Shown here piece after piece: positions 1-12,135 of a DNA stretch of 64,000 bases. The notes under the pieces were generated by a model. The model was given only the letters and a program-made list of their open reading frames with translations. It was not told the DNA's origin and made no database searches. The position numbers and the translations under genes were made by a program. This DNA comes from Hamiltosporidium tvaerminnensis FI-OER-3-3. Lineage: Eukaryota; Fungi; Microsporidia. Position 1 is the first letter of the stretch. Every line of letters begins with the position of its first letter. The stretch is taken from assembly GCA_022605425.2 (NCBI GenBank), contig CM061248.1, forward strand, positions 682,001-746,000, written 5' to 3'.

Positions 1-2
1 CA

Positions 3-190
3 TATGATGAATACATTTTAAAAATAATAATTTTTAATTTATATGATGAATACATTTTAAAAATAATAATTTTTAATTTAAGAAAGGAATAAAATACTGA
101 ATAACTGGTATAAAACATATGATGAATACATTTTAAAAATAATAATTTCTAATTTAAGAAAAGAACAATGTAACCGTATAACTGGTATTA
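3..190. repeat. Imperfect local tandem repeat (~39-bp unit TATGATGAATACATTTTAAAAATAATAATTTTTAATTTA, 3 copies)
   Basis: Unit seen at ~3-41, ~42-80 and ~118-156; AACTGGTAT follows copies 2 and 3. Confidence 0.85.
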
Positions 191-1145
191 AGATAGTGGT
201 TTATATATTATAAAATATAATTATTTTTAAAAATACGTCATATTTTCTTCTTCTTTTTCTTCTAAATTAAATATTTTTTTATTGCTAATTTCTTTATAAT
301 ACTGGTATTCGGTATTAATAGAGATTAATTGAAATAATTACAATATTATCTAGATTTTAATAATTTATACAGATATATCTTTGAAGGTGGAATTCTTTAT
401 ATATTTTTAATTTCATAATTTATGTGATATGTGTTTTTGATTGTGGCTGTAGTTAGAATCTAATTTATACGTATCTCTGAGTTTATATGCTTGTTTTGGT
501 TGGTGTGTATCTTCTTTAAAATTTAATTTTTTTTAGTAGCTTTGCTCTTAACCCGATATGGTTTTTGCGGTTTTCAAACTTAAATACATTCAGAGTGGAT
601 ATATTCTATATCAGACAAAACTAAATTCTCATGAACATAGTTTTAGTACTCTGACATATAACTATATCTCTATTTTGACTGTTTCTTAATCAATCTTACA
701 ATATATCTGTAAGATACTTGTTTAAAAGACATTCTTAATTATTAAATATAAAAATCGTGTTCTTAGAAGTTTACAATAAGATTTTTGATTTTTTCGCCAA
801 AATTTTCTTAGAATGTCTATATATCTCAACAACCATTGAAATATTTAATGTTGATCTTACCGAGGAACCGAAAATAATACTAAACGAATATTCGGAATTA
901 GAAGTGTAAATTATGTTGGTTAAAGAGACAAAGAAAATATATAAAAGAATTAAAATTGTTTTAATCTGAATTTTATTAATTAAATCTTGTATTTTCAATA
1001 CAAATTTGAACTAATAAATATATTACTGCAAAGGTGCAGAGCTATCATATTTAGTATCGATAGTACTTTCTATACATTTATTTTTACCATTTCTTAGACA
1101 ATGATAATTTTTTTTTAATGAATATAATATTTTTATATACTTACA

Positions 1146-1258
1146 TACTTATTCAATTCCTCTTTAACCTCTGATGTCGAATAAACAATGTAAAGTTTAC
1201 CATTTGTTTCTTTTAATCAGTTGTAACTCGGGATTATACGTGTTTGGCCTATAGATCC
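1146..1258 (-). repeat. Family A non-coding repeat, 3' half only (A1)
   Basis: Shares CCTCTTTAACCTC..TGTCGA, TTCTTTTAATC.GTTGTAACTCG.GATTATACG and GGCCTATAGATCC with the copy at 36632-36856. Confidence 0.8.
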
Positions 1259-2215
1259 TGAACTTTTTCAGAAATTTAAAATTTAAGAATTATGTAAATT
1301 TACTGCACTGAAGAATAAATAAAATTCCGTTTTTTAAGTATTTCTTGTATTCTCTCTTCAAAATAACAAAAATATTTTTTAAATCTCTTAAAAAAATCAA
1401 TGTTTTGATTTTTAATTTATCGAGTTAAAAAATATTTTTGTGGTTTTTTTTACAATAATTTCTACTAAAATACAAATTTTACAAATTAAAAAAATATCTA
1501 TTTTCTCTAAATTGACAAGTTATTTTCAAAATCAATATTTTTGTAGGAGAAAAATTTAAAAACTAAGAGGTATATATCCGCTGTATTTATAAGAACACAA
1601 TAAACCCAATTATTTCCAATAATCTTTAATAATTCTTATGTATTTATAAACTTTGCGGTAATTTAGTCGCATCAAATATAATATTTTGCCCGAAGGTTGA
1701 AATTTTGCATAGTATGATATTTTGAATTAGCAATAACTTGCTAAACCGTTTATATATGTTCTTCCTGCTGAATACTAGCTTTTATCATAATGGGAATAAA
1801 CCTATAGATTATTTTATGATGTTATAAAAAACATCAATTCAACTCGAAGCAGTAAATAGGCAAAATTTGATTAGATATTAATCGTGCCTTCCATAAACCT
1901 CCGATGATATACCGCCCATAACATCCAAGACTAAAAAACCTCCAATACACAAATATATTTTAATAGGACACCCCCATTTCAATGCATCGAGTTAACTATT
2001 ATCTCTATCTAAGGGAAGACCTAGCCTATTTTCTATTTTGATAGATGATATGGTTCCAGAATAAAGTCAATATTTATACTTTTTCGTGATGGAAACCAAT
2101 ATTTTTAGAGTAAAAATAAATATCTCAATACAATAACAACAATATGAAGTTGGTAAATAAACGTAAGCAAAATTAAAAAAAGGATCACAGAAAAATCTTA
2201 GAACTTAAATAAAAC

Positions 2216-2278
2216 TAAAGAAATAAAGAAATAAAGAAATAAAGAAATAAAGAAATAAAGAAATAAAGAAATAAAGAA
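2216..2278. repeat. Microsatellite (AAAGAAAT)n, about 8 units
   Basis: Read directly from the sequence. Confidence 0.95.
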
Positions 2279-2711
2279 AATAAAAAGAATTAATTTGCAT
2301 TAATTTAAGTTTTTATATGTCTGCTTTATATCTTCTCTCTAGATTTTTTTACCAGTCCTTTACATATGACTCTTATTCCATATTTTAATCTAACAATTTC
2401 AAAGAAAATAAGACGAAAGCTACTAAACTATATTTTTTTGTAAAAATAACTAAATGCTTCAACTATATTTGTTTTTTCCTCTTTTTCTCAATATGCTTTT
2501 ACTTTTCTTTGTGCAATTTGACAATAAATTAAAATCTAGAAAAAAAAAGAGGGAGGCAAAATAGCCTAAGAAATATATTTTAAAACCCCCAAGTAATTTT
2601 CGGAGTTTGTCTTTTGGCATTCGGTAAAAAAATTTTGTGTGGGTAAATTTTATACTTTAAATAAAATACTAATAAACTTGCTTAATTAAGGTAATAATTA
2701 CAACTTCGTGA

Positions 2712-3417
2712 ATATATATCCCATCGTTTTGAAACGTAACATATGATTTATTGTTTATCCGTCATTGAAAAGATTCTATTTAAATCTATGCCTGATATCC
2801 CAACACTCCATCTATAACTCATACGATATCTACAACTCAAAGTTTTTAGTATGTTGGGGTGTAGAACACATTCCAAAGGCCAAAAAGTTGTCATAGGTTT
2901 GTAAATTTTCGTTTACTAGAGTATGATCGCAGTTAGAAACTTCTTGGACCCTCGCAGGAATAGCAGCATTACTATCTACACTACACACTCCGAACTAAAT
3001 AATATTACAGCTAAGATATATCTCGCGACTTACATGAGATATATTTAGATTCTGCAATGCCATATTTACAGGTATAGCTATTACTTAAATTTCTTCTTTT
3101 TAAATGGAAGTTTCTTTCATATCACCTAGGCAATAATTCTAATAAACTGGTGAGAAAGGCTAGGTTTTCATGTTTTCACATGTAAATTATCTATAACTTT
3201 AGCCGTAGTTCCATATCTAAGCGCATTAAAAAAACTTTAAACTTCTTTTTAGAAAAGTTTTAGCATTTACCTTCTTCTCTTTCTACGAATTCACAGGAAC
3301 GACCGAAGATATGTGTGGTTTTTATTCCATCAAAAATCTAAACAAAGATTTCCACACCGATTCTAACTAATAGTTGACAACTAAATGTCTTTTTAAAATA
3401 GTTATCCTACCTTCACA
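2712..3417 (-). repeat. Family B non-coding repeat, diverged full-length copy (B3)
   Basis: Colinear blocks match 47140-47870: CCAACACTCCATC, GAGT.TGATCG, AGCTAAGATATAT, AAGGCTAGGTTT.CATGTTTT.ACATG, GTTATCCT.C.T.CAC. Confidence 0.8.
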
Positions 3418-3699
3418 AAGATGAATGAAAAAAATTGAAGATAGAATACGATTTATTTATTTTTTCGTTCTTTTTTTTATTTTTCCGTTTTTTGCTTTTG
3501 TCAATGTTTGAAAAGCAAATAAATAATGTAAACATGCTTGATCTTTTGACTTAACAATTAAATTACTGTAAATTATTCATAATATTTTCTATTTCTTATC
3601 GTTTTATATTGCATTATATATATAAAAAAGTATAAAGTAACAACAATGCCAAAGATTGTGAGATTTAAAAATACAGAAAAAAGTGAAATTTAAAAATTA

Positions 3700-3933
3700 C
3701 TTATCTAATTACTTATTAGATTTCATTCTCTTTTACCTCTCGGTTTCGAGGATGAACAACTGGAAATTTTCGAATTGTTTCTTTTAATATGTTTTAACTC
3801 AGGATTATAGCGGATTGGCCTATAAATCAAATGTAATTTATATCCCACCAAAATGTATGACAACGATTTTCACATCAATTTTACACACTCATTGCTAAGC
3901 AGATATTTTTATTGTGGTTATCTTCTCTCCACC
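3700..3933 (-). repeat. Family A non-coding repeat, full-length ~230 nt (A2)
   Basis: Head GGTGGAGAGAAGATAACCAC...GCAATGAGTGTGT, 3' hairpin CCTCGAAACCGAGAGG, tail AATAAGTAATTAGATAAG. Confidence 0.85.
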
Positions 3934-6900
3934 CTAAAATATACAAAATATTTAAAAAACAGTCACTAGTCTGCTAAGTGTTCTAAAAAAACGAAGAGAT
4001 CTTTAGGCAGAAAGTTAAACATTTTCTTAGTGCGAAAATGATTTTACTTTCAAGAGGTCGATAATCAATATGTTTCGTTTTTGCGTAATTAACAACATAT
4101 ATCGAGCATACTATAAAAAAGAGTACGTTGTTGCATATATCAGTGATTCTAAAATATCTGTATGATTCACAAAAATACTATGATATTCTCAAAGCTTAAA
4201 AAGGAGAAGATGTTTAATCTTGTGGAATATGCGACATATTCATTGCTTTGAAAACGTTCTAGTCGAATATTAAACCATCTTAGTAAAAACATGAGCTTTT
4301 ATTAGACCATGAGAAACCGGGAGTTACAGTGACCAAAAAAATCAACTTTGGTGCTTTCCCAATGTATTTGTCCCATTTATAAAATATTAGAGAGTTTTAG
4401 GTTGACAACTTAGACTTCCAATTTCGACAAAAGACTAATTCAAATTTTGTTTGATAATTTTGATGTCCATAAAAATATGACTTGAAATACGCTGTAAATT
4501 CAAAAATATATTTCTTGAAACTTATTTCATCAAATTCAGAACAAAATTATACATAGAAGACCATTTGATACAAAAGCTTAATACCAAGACAAACGTGTAA
4601 ATTAGATCAAAAGGAGCTATTGAACTAATAGACATACAATCCAGGTGAAAAAAATATGAAGAGAGTCTCATAAAGATGTTGTTTAAAAATATGGCTTTAT
4701 ATACAACAAAAATTATCTATATTATGCTTCTTTTCAGACAACCAGGTTTTAATAATCTAATTTCTAGAAGTATAACAACCAAAAACAAAGCCTGTTTGAT
4801 GGTATATATCCGAATCGGATAAATCCCTGTCCCTTGATAAGAAATGAAAGTATGTAGAGAAATGTGTGGTTTTTGCATATAACTCCTCGCTCTTCTTCTG
4901 TTCTGTTGTAAGGCTCTCGGATTTATATTTCGGTCAGTTTCAAGCATATTTTTTTAACGGATTTGAAATTTATTCTCTTTAAATGTTTTATTTTTTCTTT
5001 AAATCTCTAATCGACTAGATCTTAAGAGGAAATGTGTTTCTTAGCAATTATTAAAACTGAAATTCCTGATAAATATTAGGAAGCATAAAGATTCCATCGA
5101 TGCGCATTAAATGTGTTGAAAGAGTAACTCTTAAAACCATCATATACTTATAATAATTGTTGCGAATATAGCTCATAATTTTTTAATCATAGAAAAAAAT
5201 TACCGAGAATATTTTCGAATTGCATCCCAAAACATTTATCCATTAGAAGCCGACTCTTCCTAAAAAACTTAAGAAATGGGAAAAAAAGACTGAAAAAGCA
5301 CAATGTAACTTCTTTTGCTTCAATAAAACTTTTCTATTGCCCGTTATTTTGATTAAAAACATGTTTAAGTAAAAATTTCTGAATCTGACAAAGATTGGTT
5401 TTAGAGGCAAAATAAAACATATTTACATCCAATGGTTTTTAAATTGTAATATTCCATTTTCACATTGTCAAATTTGTAAAAATCCACCTTATTTTATATA
5501 TTAAAGTTTTAAATTATTTTTTTTGAGGTCATATATTTATCAAAAGTATATAAGCGTGTTTCGGCTTGGATCGCTTGAATTTAAGGGAGAAATTGATTCT
5601 TTTTATAAATGCCCATAGTTTGCAAAGTCGAATCAATTGAATATTAAAAGAAAATTTATAGAGTAGCTTAAAATAACCAGGGTTCAAAAAAAATGGTAGA
5701 AATAGTGGAGGATATAAAAATATATAAGAAATATGAAAGAAGGGTTATAATAAATAATGGAGGTCCTAGCAAATGAGCGGTTTATCAAACCGTGATATTT
5801 TATATTAACGTGACATGCGAATTTTAATATTGTCTGAAATAAAATATTTATTACAGTTTTATAAAAAAATGAGAATACCTAGGTATAAAAGACACTATTT
5901 CATTAGATAATACGTGTTTCCTCTATGTGATTCCGAGGATTTTTCAGTTTGTTTAGATTAGTTTTTATAAAAATGTCTGCAAAACTAACAGGTATTTTTT
6001 TCATGTATCTTCTGCAACTTTTAATTGAATCTGTTTTATTTTACATCCGATTTTTTTAATTCTTATTACCTTAAAGATATATTATCAATTGCACTAGGAT
6101 AGGAGAAGTAAGTCGGGTTTTTTAATATTCGATTTCGTTCTTTTAAAAAATACTTTTTGTATGCCATGCTGTATTGATAGATGCGTTATCTTGTTAACAA
6201 ATTACATTTCGATTTATTAAGATTGAGTATAATTTAAAACGCTTTCAACGAAAAGGCAAATATATCATTCAGTATCTAATTTAGTTCCAATGATAGAATT
6301 TTTTTACTTCATTTATATGGTACAAATACAATACTATGATAACGCACCACAAAATTTTTTGGTCTTAATTATATTTGTAAGTTTGACTCTTGCGCAGAAA
6401 TCGCAAAATTTCCGGAATCATATTATTCCATGTATTTTGAATCGACAACCATCCTAATTATGAAAATTCCGAATTTATTTATGGTAAAATTCTTCACATT
6501 TTTGCAATTTCTACTCGTATCACCTTGTGTCTAGGATAAAGGAAAAACTTAAAAGGTAGGCTGGTGTATACAAAACCACTATTCCGAAGAATGCGATTAA
6601 TTTCTCATTGATATTCATTCTTTCAGCCTCATAAATTTTCTCAGAGAACTTTTTTGACGATAAATTAATATTTTCTAGATAATTTATTTGAAATATTCGA
6701 TTTGAGATATTTCGAGGGCTTTTTAAGCAGTAAACTATTGAAAAATATTACATTCTTTGTTTTAAAATTTTTGGATTATTTTTAGCATCTTTCTCCGAGA
6801 AATTACGGTTTTTAATAATTTCATTAACTAAAATTTTTCTATTTTAAATTCTAATAAAAGCATTTGATTTGTGCTCTAACTGTGAGGATCCAACGGAAGC

Positions 6901-7789
6901 TAATCTAAGCTACTTATTATCCAAAAACTTACCAGTTATTTAACTAAACTAGTGCATCTTTTTAAAGCCAGATTTCTGGAGGCTTCGAATTAGCACCAAA
7001 AAATATATATATTTCAATGAAAGTACATTTAGTTGTTACCAACTTATAAAATCGTAAACTTATGCCGTTCGATATACAATTATCCATAATTCATATTCTG
7101 AAGTTAAATGGTTTTGCATCCAAATAAATTTTTAAAAAAGAACAAGAATAATTGTTTTGGGAACTTTAAATTTAATGGTTTTTGTTAGTATTAAAATACA
7201 TATTTAAAAAAACTAAAAACTTTTAAATTTTGTGTTTTAGAAAAAAGATTTTACATAAAATCATCAATTAATGTAATATGGACTTTTCAACAACCTTTGA
7301 AGAACGTTTATAAAAAATCATATCATATTGTTTTTGATATTCTAGTTTTGATTGAAAAAAATCATAAATCTTTTTTTAGTAAATGAAAAAATATTTTTTT
7401 TTTTCAAATTTCAAATTAAGAGAACAATACTATTTATGACATTATTTTTACTGATATGCTATTTAACGGTATAATTATATCTAAATATTATAATTTTTTG
7501 TTACAACAACATATTCTTTTTAATATAATATCACAATGCATAATTTGATCGGTTTGGTCTCGATAGAATATCTGCTAATAACTTTATATTCATATAATTA
7601 TTCACTGGCTTGTTGGATATATCATATAATACCATTAAACTTATTCGAATAAAATTAATTTGATTTACAAAAAATTTTATAGAAATATTATATTGAAAAA
7701 AATAAAAACAGAAAGCATCGAAGCAAGCCAATTATATGAAGTGATTTGCTCCATTAAATATATTTGTTGGAAAAAACCCTTACATTTCA

Positions 7790-10408
7790 ATGCTAAGAAA
7801 CAATGAACCGTCATTTTATTGTAAATTTGATAAAAAAAAAAGAAAAGAATCAAGAAATCAGAAAAATATATTCATCTAAATACTGGTACATCATAGAAAT
7901 ACTTTCAAAAATTTTTATCTTTTTCAAATTTCTTAGCTTAATCGATTGTTTTGATATAGAAGTTATCTTTTCAGACGAAGCCGAAAATCTACAGTTATAT
8001 GAAAACCCCGAGTCTGGATTTTCGGGCAACATTGATAATACAAGTAATATATGCTGCCGAGATACGATAGGAATGCCCAAAACAAAAGCGAAAGACGTTT
8101 CAATCGCTAAAAATACGCTAAATAATGTATATGAAAAAGATTGTGTATCTATAGATTCCGGAAAAGGTAGGAAAGAACGTCAAAATGCGAACAATAAAAG
8201 AAAATTTGATTCTGACATGTCTAAATCCAAAAAAACATATGTTACTATCAATGAAAAGGCAGAAAGTACATTGGATCACGATCAGTATCAACCTTTAGAT
8301 CTGTCTTGTAAGAAAAAATTCAAATTTGCAAAGCGAAATGAAGATAGAAACAAAGAATGGATAATAATAAGTCAAAATAGTTTAGTTTTCGATTATTCGG
8401 ATGAATTTAAGATTCGATCTGAATATTTTGATGCCGCAATCAATCCAAAATATAGTATTCGGAACTTTACAAATTTAAAAATTGACATTCAAACATTTAA
8501 AATTTTCCTTTATGTTTTACGTTTCGGCTATAATATAAAGTTTTTGGAATTAGAAACGGAAAAATTCGAAGTTTTTTTGGAACTTTTTTATGATTTACAG
8601 TGTTACGCAGAATCGGATATCATACGTAATTTATATAAAAATATGTTTTCGGGCTTGAGAAACAGCAACGGTAGTTTGGATAAAAATATTGGCAAGAAAA
8701 AATTTGAAAATATATTATTAATTCCGAATTTATTATGCTTGCCTTTTCTAAATGCCCTCTTTGATACCATTGATGTGAAATATGATGAAAATACGAAGGA
8801 ATTATCGTTTTTGAAACGAACAAATCAAAAAAAGTTGAATTTCTTTGATAGAAAAGAAATTAATGAAATAATAATACGTACTACACCAGAAATACTGATG
8901 CTATTAAATGATGCCTCGGGTAATAACATCGTTTTATTGCAACAGCTCATATCAAATTTCAAAATAAATGGAATCAAAATATCTCACGATAATATATATT
9001 ATTCTGAGTCAGAATACAATAACAAAGCTTCTATGTATGAATATTCAATCCAGACATTACCGTTGTCAAACAAGAGTGATTCTTCACTTCTAATAACCTC
9101 GATCTTAAACAAAAATTATTTTAAAATTAAATTTTTAGAGCTAGAACGAGTAAACATTTCGGAAACTGATATTTTATTTGTGCAACAATTTATCGAATTA
9201 GAATCATTGATGCTCTATAAATGCGCTATTCCCCCAAGAAGTCATTTTTTATGGAGGATATTTTCCTTTTACCAAAAATTAGTAACTTTGAAAATCCGTG
9301 GTTTTGTTTTATCAATAACATTTTTTAAAAAATTACATTCTTCTAAGATAGAATCACTGGACCTTTCATACTCTTCATTCGACAAAAATACTAGTAAACT
9401 CTACGAATATTCTAATGGATTGAATTCATTGCGTGAGTTATGGCTCGATAATTCTGAATTTAGGTTATAAAGTCTTAAAATTCTTGTTAATATCGAAGAA
9501 ACTAGAATTCTTGAGTTGGAAAAATGCTGATTTAAATGACTTATAACTTCGGTAAAACTTGTTTTTTTCCTTGGAGAGATTTGAACAAAAATGTCAGCAA
9601 TGTTAATTCCGGCTGTTTTCAACTCAAAATCCTGTTACTACACAACATAAATTTACCATTTCTCTTGGAAATATTAAAGCAAAGCTTTCTACACTCTTCC
9701 ACTGCAAACTTTAGCTCTAAGTAAATGTTCAGTTAATTCTGCTGTCATGGAAAGTTTGAAAGAATTTACACATTTGAAAACCTTAAAACTCTGTGATTTA
9801 ACTCAAGGTCTAAAATTTTCATCTGATATGAAATATTTGTTTGAATATTCATTAATTTCTATTGATATATCAAATTCTGAATTTATACAAGATGATATAA
9901 CAATATTCTTGAAACAGTTTAAATGTTTAAAAAAATTAAGAATTTCTAACTCTAAGCATAAAAAGAAATCTTAGAATTAATTGCGGTAGATTCTAATTTT
10001 TTTTCATTAGAAGAATTAGATATCGCTAAAAATATATTCTCTGTTTATGAGTTGGACAGGCTAAGTCAGATGAAGAATCTTAAATGCCTTTTAATTACCT
10101 TAGATAATTCTATTTATAAGGATTTTGTCAACCAAATGGGAAAAATGTATTTCGAAAATATGAACAAACTAGTTTTTATAAATACTGATATCACTAAGGA
10201 AATATTTCAATTAATAATGGAACAAACTTCATTAATAGATCTTAGTTTTGTAAATTCAAAATTAACCAATGACTTTTTTCCGATTTCAATTCTGGTTTCT
10301 TTGGAAAAACTAAAGCACATATATTTTATTAATTCAACAATTTCCACTGAAATTAAAAGAAAATTAATGTGCTTGAAATTTTATGACATTACCGTTAGCT
10401 TTCAATAA
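7790..10408 (+). pseudogene. Frameshifted paralog of the secreted BTB-like/LRR protein at 40856-43564
   Basis: ORF pieces 7803-9470, 9536-9724, 9747-9974 and 10052-10408 align in order to the 902-aa protein (VFDYSD..IRS.YFD, IRTTPE.LMLL, INGIKIS.DN.YY, KFLELER, ITLD...Y.D, IFQ.IMEQ). Frameshifts near 7835, 9460, 9530, 9710 and 9965. CCC motif at ~7777 precedes ATG 7790. Confidence 0.85.
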
Positions 10409-11417
10409 TTTTCTTATTAAAAGTTACTAAATTTTATTTTGAGAAAAGATTCTTATATATTTGATTTATTTTCTTTTACTGTATAATATTTTTTGTCTTT
10501 AAAACAATTTTCATTATCGTAAAAAGCTTTCATCAATAATTGGGGTTCATAGATAGACTATCATGATCTTTTTTTTAGATTTTGAGACTGTAGTCAAATA
10601 AATTATGTGAAATTTTATTATAAATAAGGCAAATAAGAAAAAACTTTGGTATTAAAAACAACTGGCGTTTTCTTCCGACAAATCGATACAATTTATTATA
10701 TTTTAATCGGTGTTTAAAGACAATCTCAAATTAAGAGATATCTCATTCTTTATTAATTACAACAAGGTACAATTTAAAAGATAAATTATAGAAATTTTAT
10801 ATGTCGAGACACAAAAAAAAGATAATTATATATATTTGATATAAACTGGCGTAATTTTTTAAGAAATAATAATGTTTTTTTGGAATTCTCGATTTTTGGA
10901 TTCCTGAATTATTAAACATGTCTCATTTCGATATTGACAAACATATTATTCAAAAATAAGTCCTAGGGTTTGTGGTTTAAAACCTGCTCGAAATTTACTT
11001 AATTATAAATAAACCGATATTTATTTAAGGGTTTATATTTTTAGAGCCTTGGTCATTGTGAAACTATAATAAACCAAAAATGCATGTTCTTTTTTTTTAA
11101 ATTAAATATTTTTTCAACGCCCAAGAATTTTGTTTTACATCGATACCTTGAATGAATAAACACATGAATACCGCATATGCTTGAATAAAGATAACACTTG
11201 TAAAGTAAGCATCAGAGTAAAAGTTAGAAAAATGATTTTTGTCTGTTCCTAAATTTCTTCTGTCCTGCAAAAGACTTTTTTTACTCTCTATCATGTCTGA
11301 AACAAAAAGGATGTTCTCATTTTTCGAGAAATTATAATAAATCAATTGTTTTCCGTGCCAAACAACTTTTGTGATTTATATATTATATATTTATAGATAT
11401 TGTTATTTCCGATCCAA

Positions 11418-12135
11418 TGTGGAGGAAGGATAACCACATAAAAAACTTTCTGCTTGGCAATGAGTGTGTGAAACTGATATTAGGATCATTGTTTGAATTT
11501 TTCGTTTGAATGAAACCCTACTATATCTTCGGTTGTTCTGTGAGAGTTGTTATGAGGAGTGGTCTACGAAATAGCGAAACCTTTTCTACGAATTTATTTT
11601 AGTTTTTTATGTAACCAGATTGCAGACCGCAGCTGACCTCTTAGGTAATTACCATGTAAAAACATGGAAACCTAGCCTTGCTCACTCGAATTAGTTGACT
11701 TAGCGTCTGGGCGATATAAAAATAAAAACAACTAAAAGCCAGGAGAGCTAAGTAGCAGGTTATACCTGTTGGTATGACATTGCACTATCTAGGTGGGCCC
11801 ATGTAAGTCTCTGAAATATATCTTAGCTAGAAGTTTATTGGGTTCAGAAAGTGTAGAGTAAGTGCAATGCCGCATAGTCTAGGGGGAGCCCAGGGGGCTT
11901 CGGCCTTCGATCACACTCCATGCAACGAACATTAACGAACTCCGGACAACTGCCTCGCCTATTAATTAGGTTCTACACACCTGGTAGATAATGCTTTGAA
12001 ACGTAGGTATCGCAGGGGATACTGATGGAGTGTTGGGGTAGCATTATTTATGTTTAAACTAGAATTGTGTAAATGTCATGAAAACGAATGTAAAGCTTGC
12101 CACTGTTTTAAAAAGATGTGATACTTTTAAATAAA
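11418..12135 (+). repeat. Family B non-coding repeat, full-length ~720 nt (B1)
   Basis: Closely matches 47140-47870 (reverse strand) over its whole length. No ORF, GC-richer than flanks, several hairpins, ends TTTTAAATAAA. Confidence 0.92.

Noticed and set aside
3-190. CRISPR-like repeat/spacer appearance
   Set aside because: The first two units abut with no spacer, only three AT-rich copies exist, there are no cas genes, and the context is eukaryotic.
11419-11490. Resemblance of the shared head to the LSU rRNA peptidyl-transferase region (GGTG..AAG.TACCACAGGGATAACT..TGGCA)
   Set aside because: Patchy identity, the invariant GGGATAAC is not in register, and similarity does not extend. Not called as rRNA.
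11795-11832. Group I intron R/S-like words (TTCAGAGACT, AAGATATA) on the reverse strand of type B
   Set aside because: Wrong order, directly adjacent, and no P/Q elements or P7 pairing.
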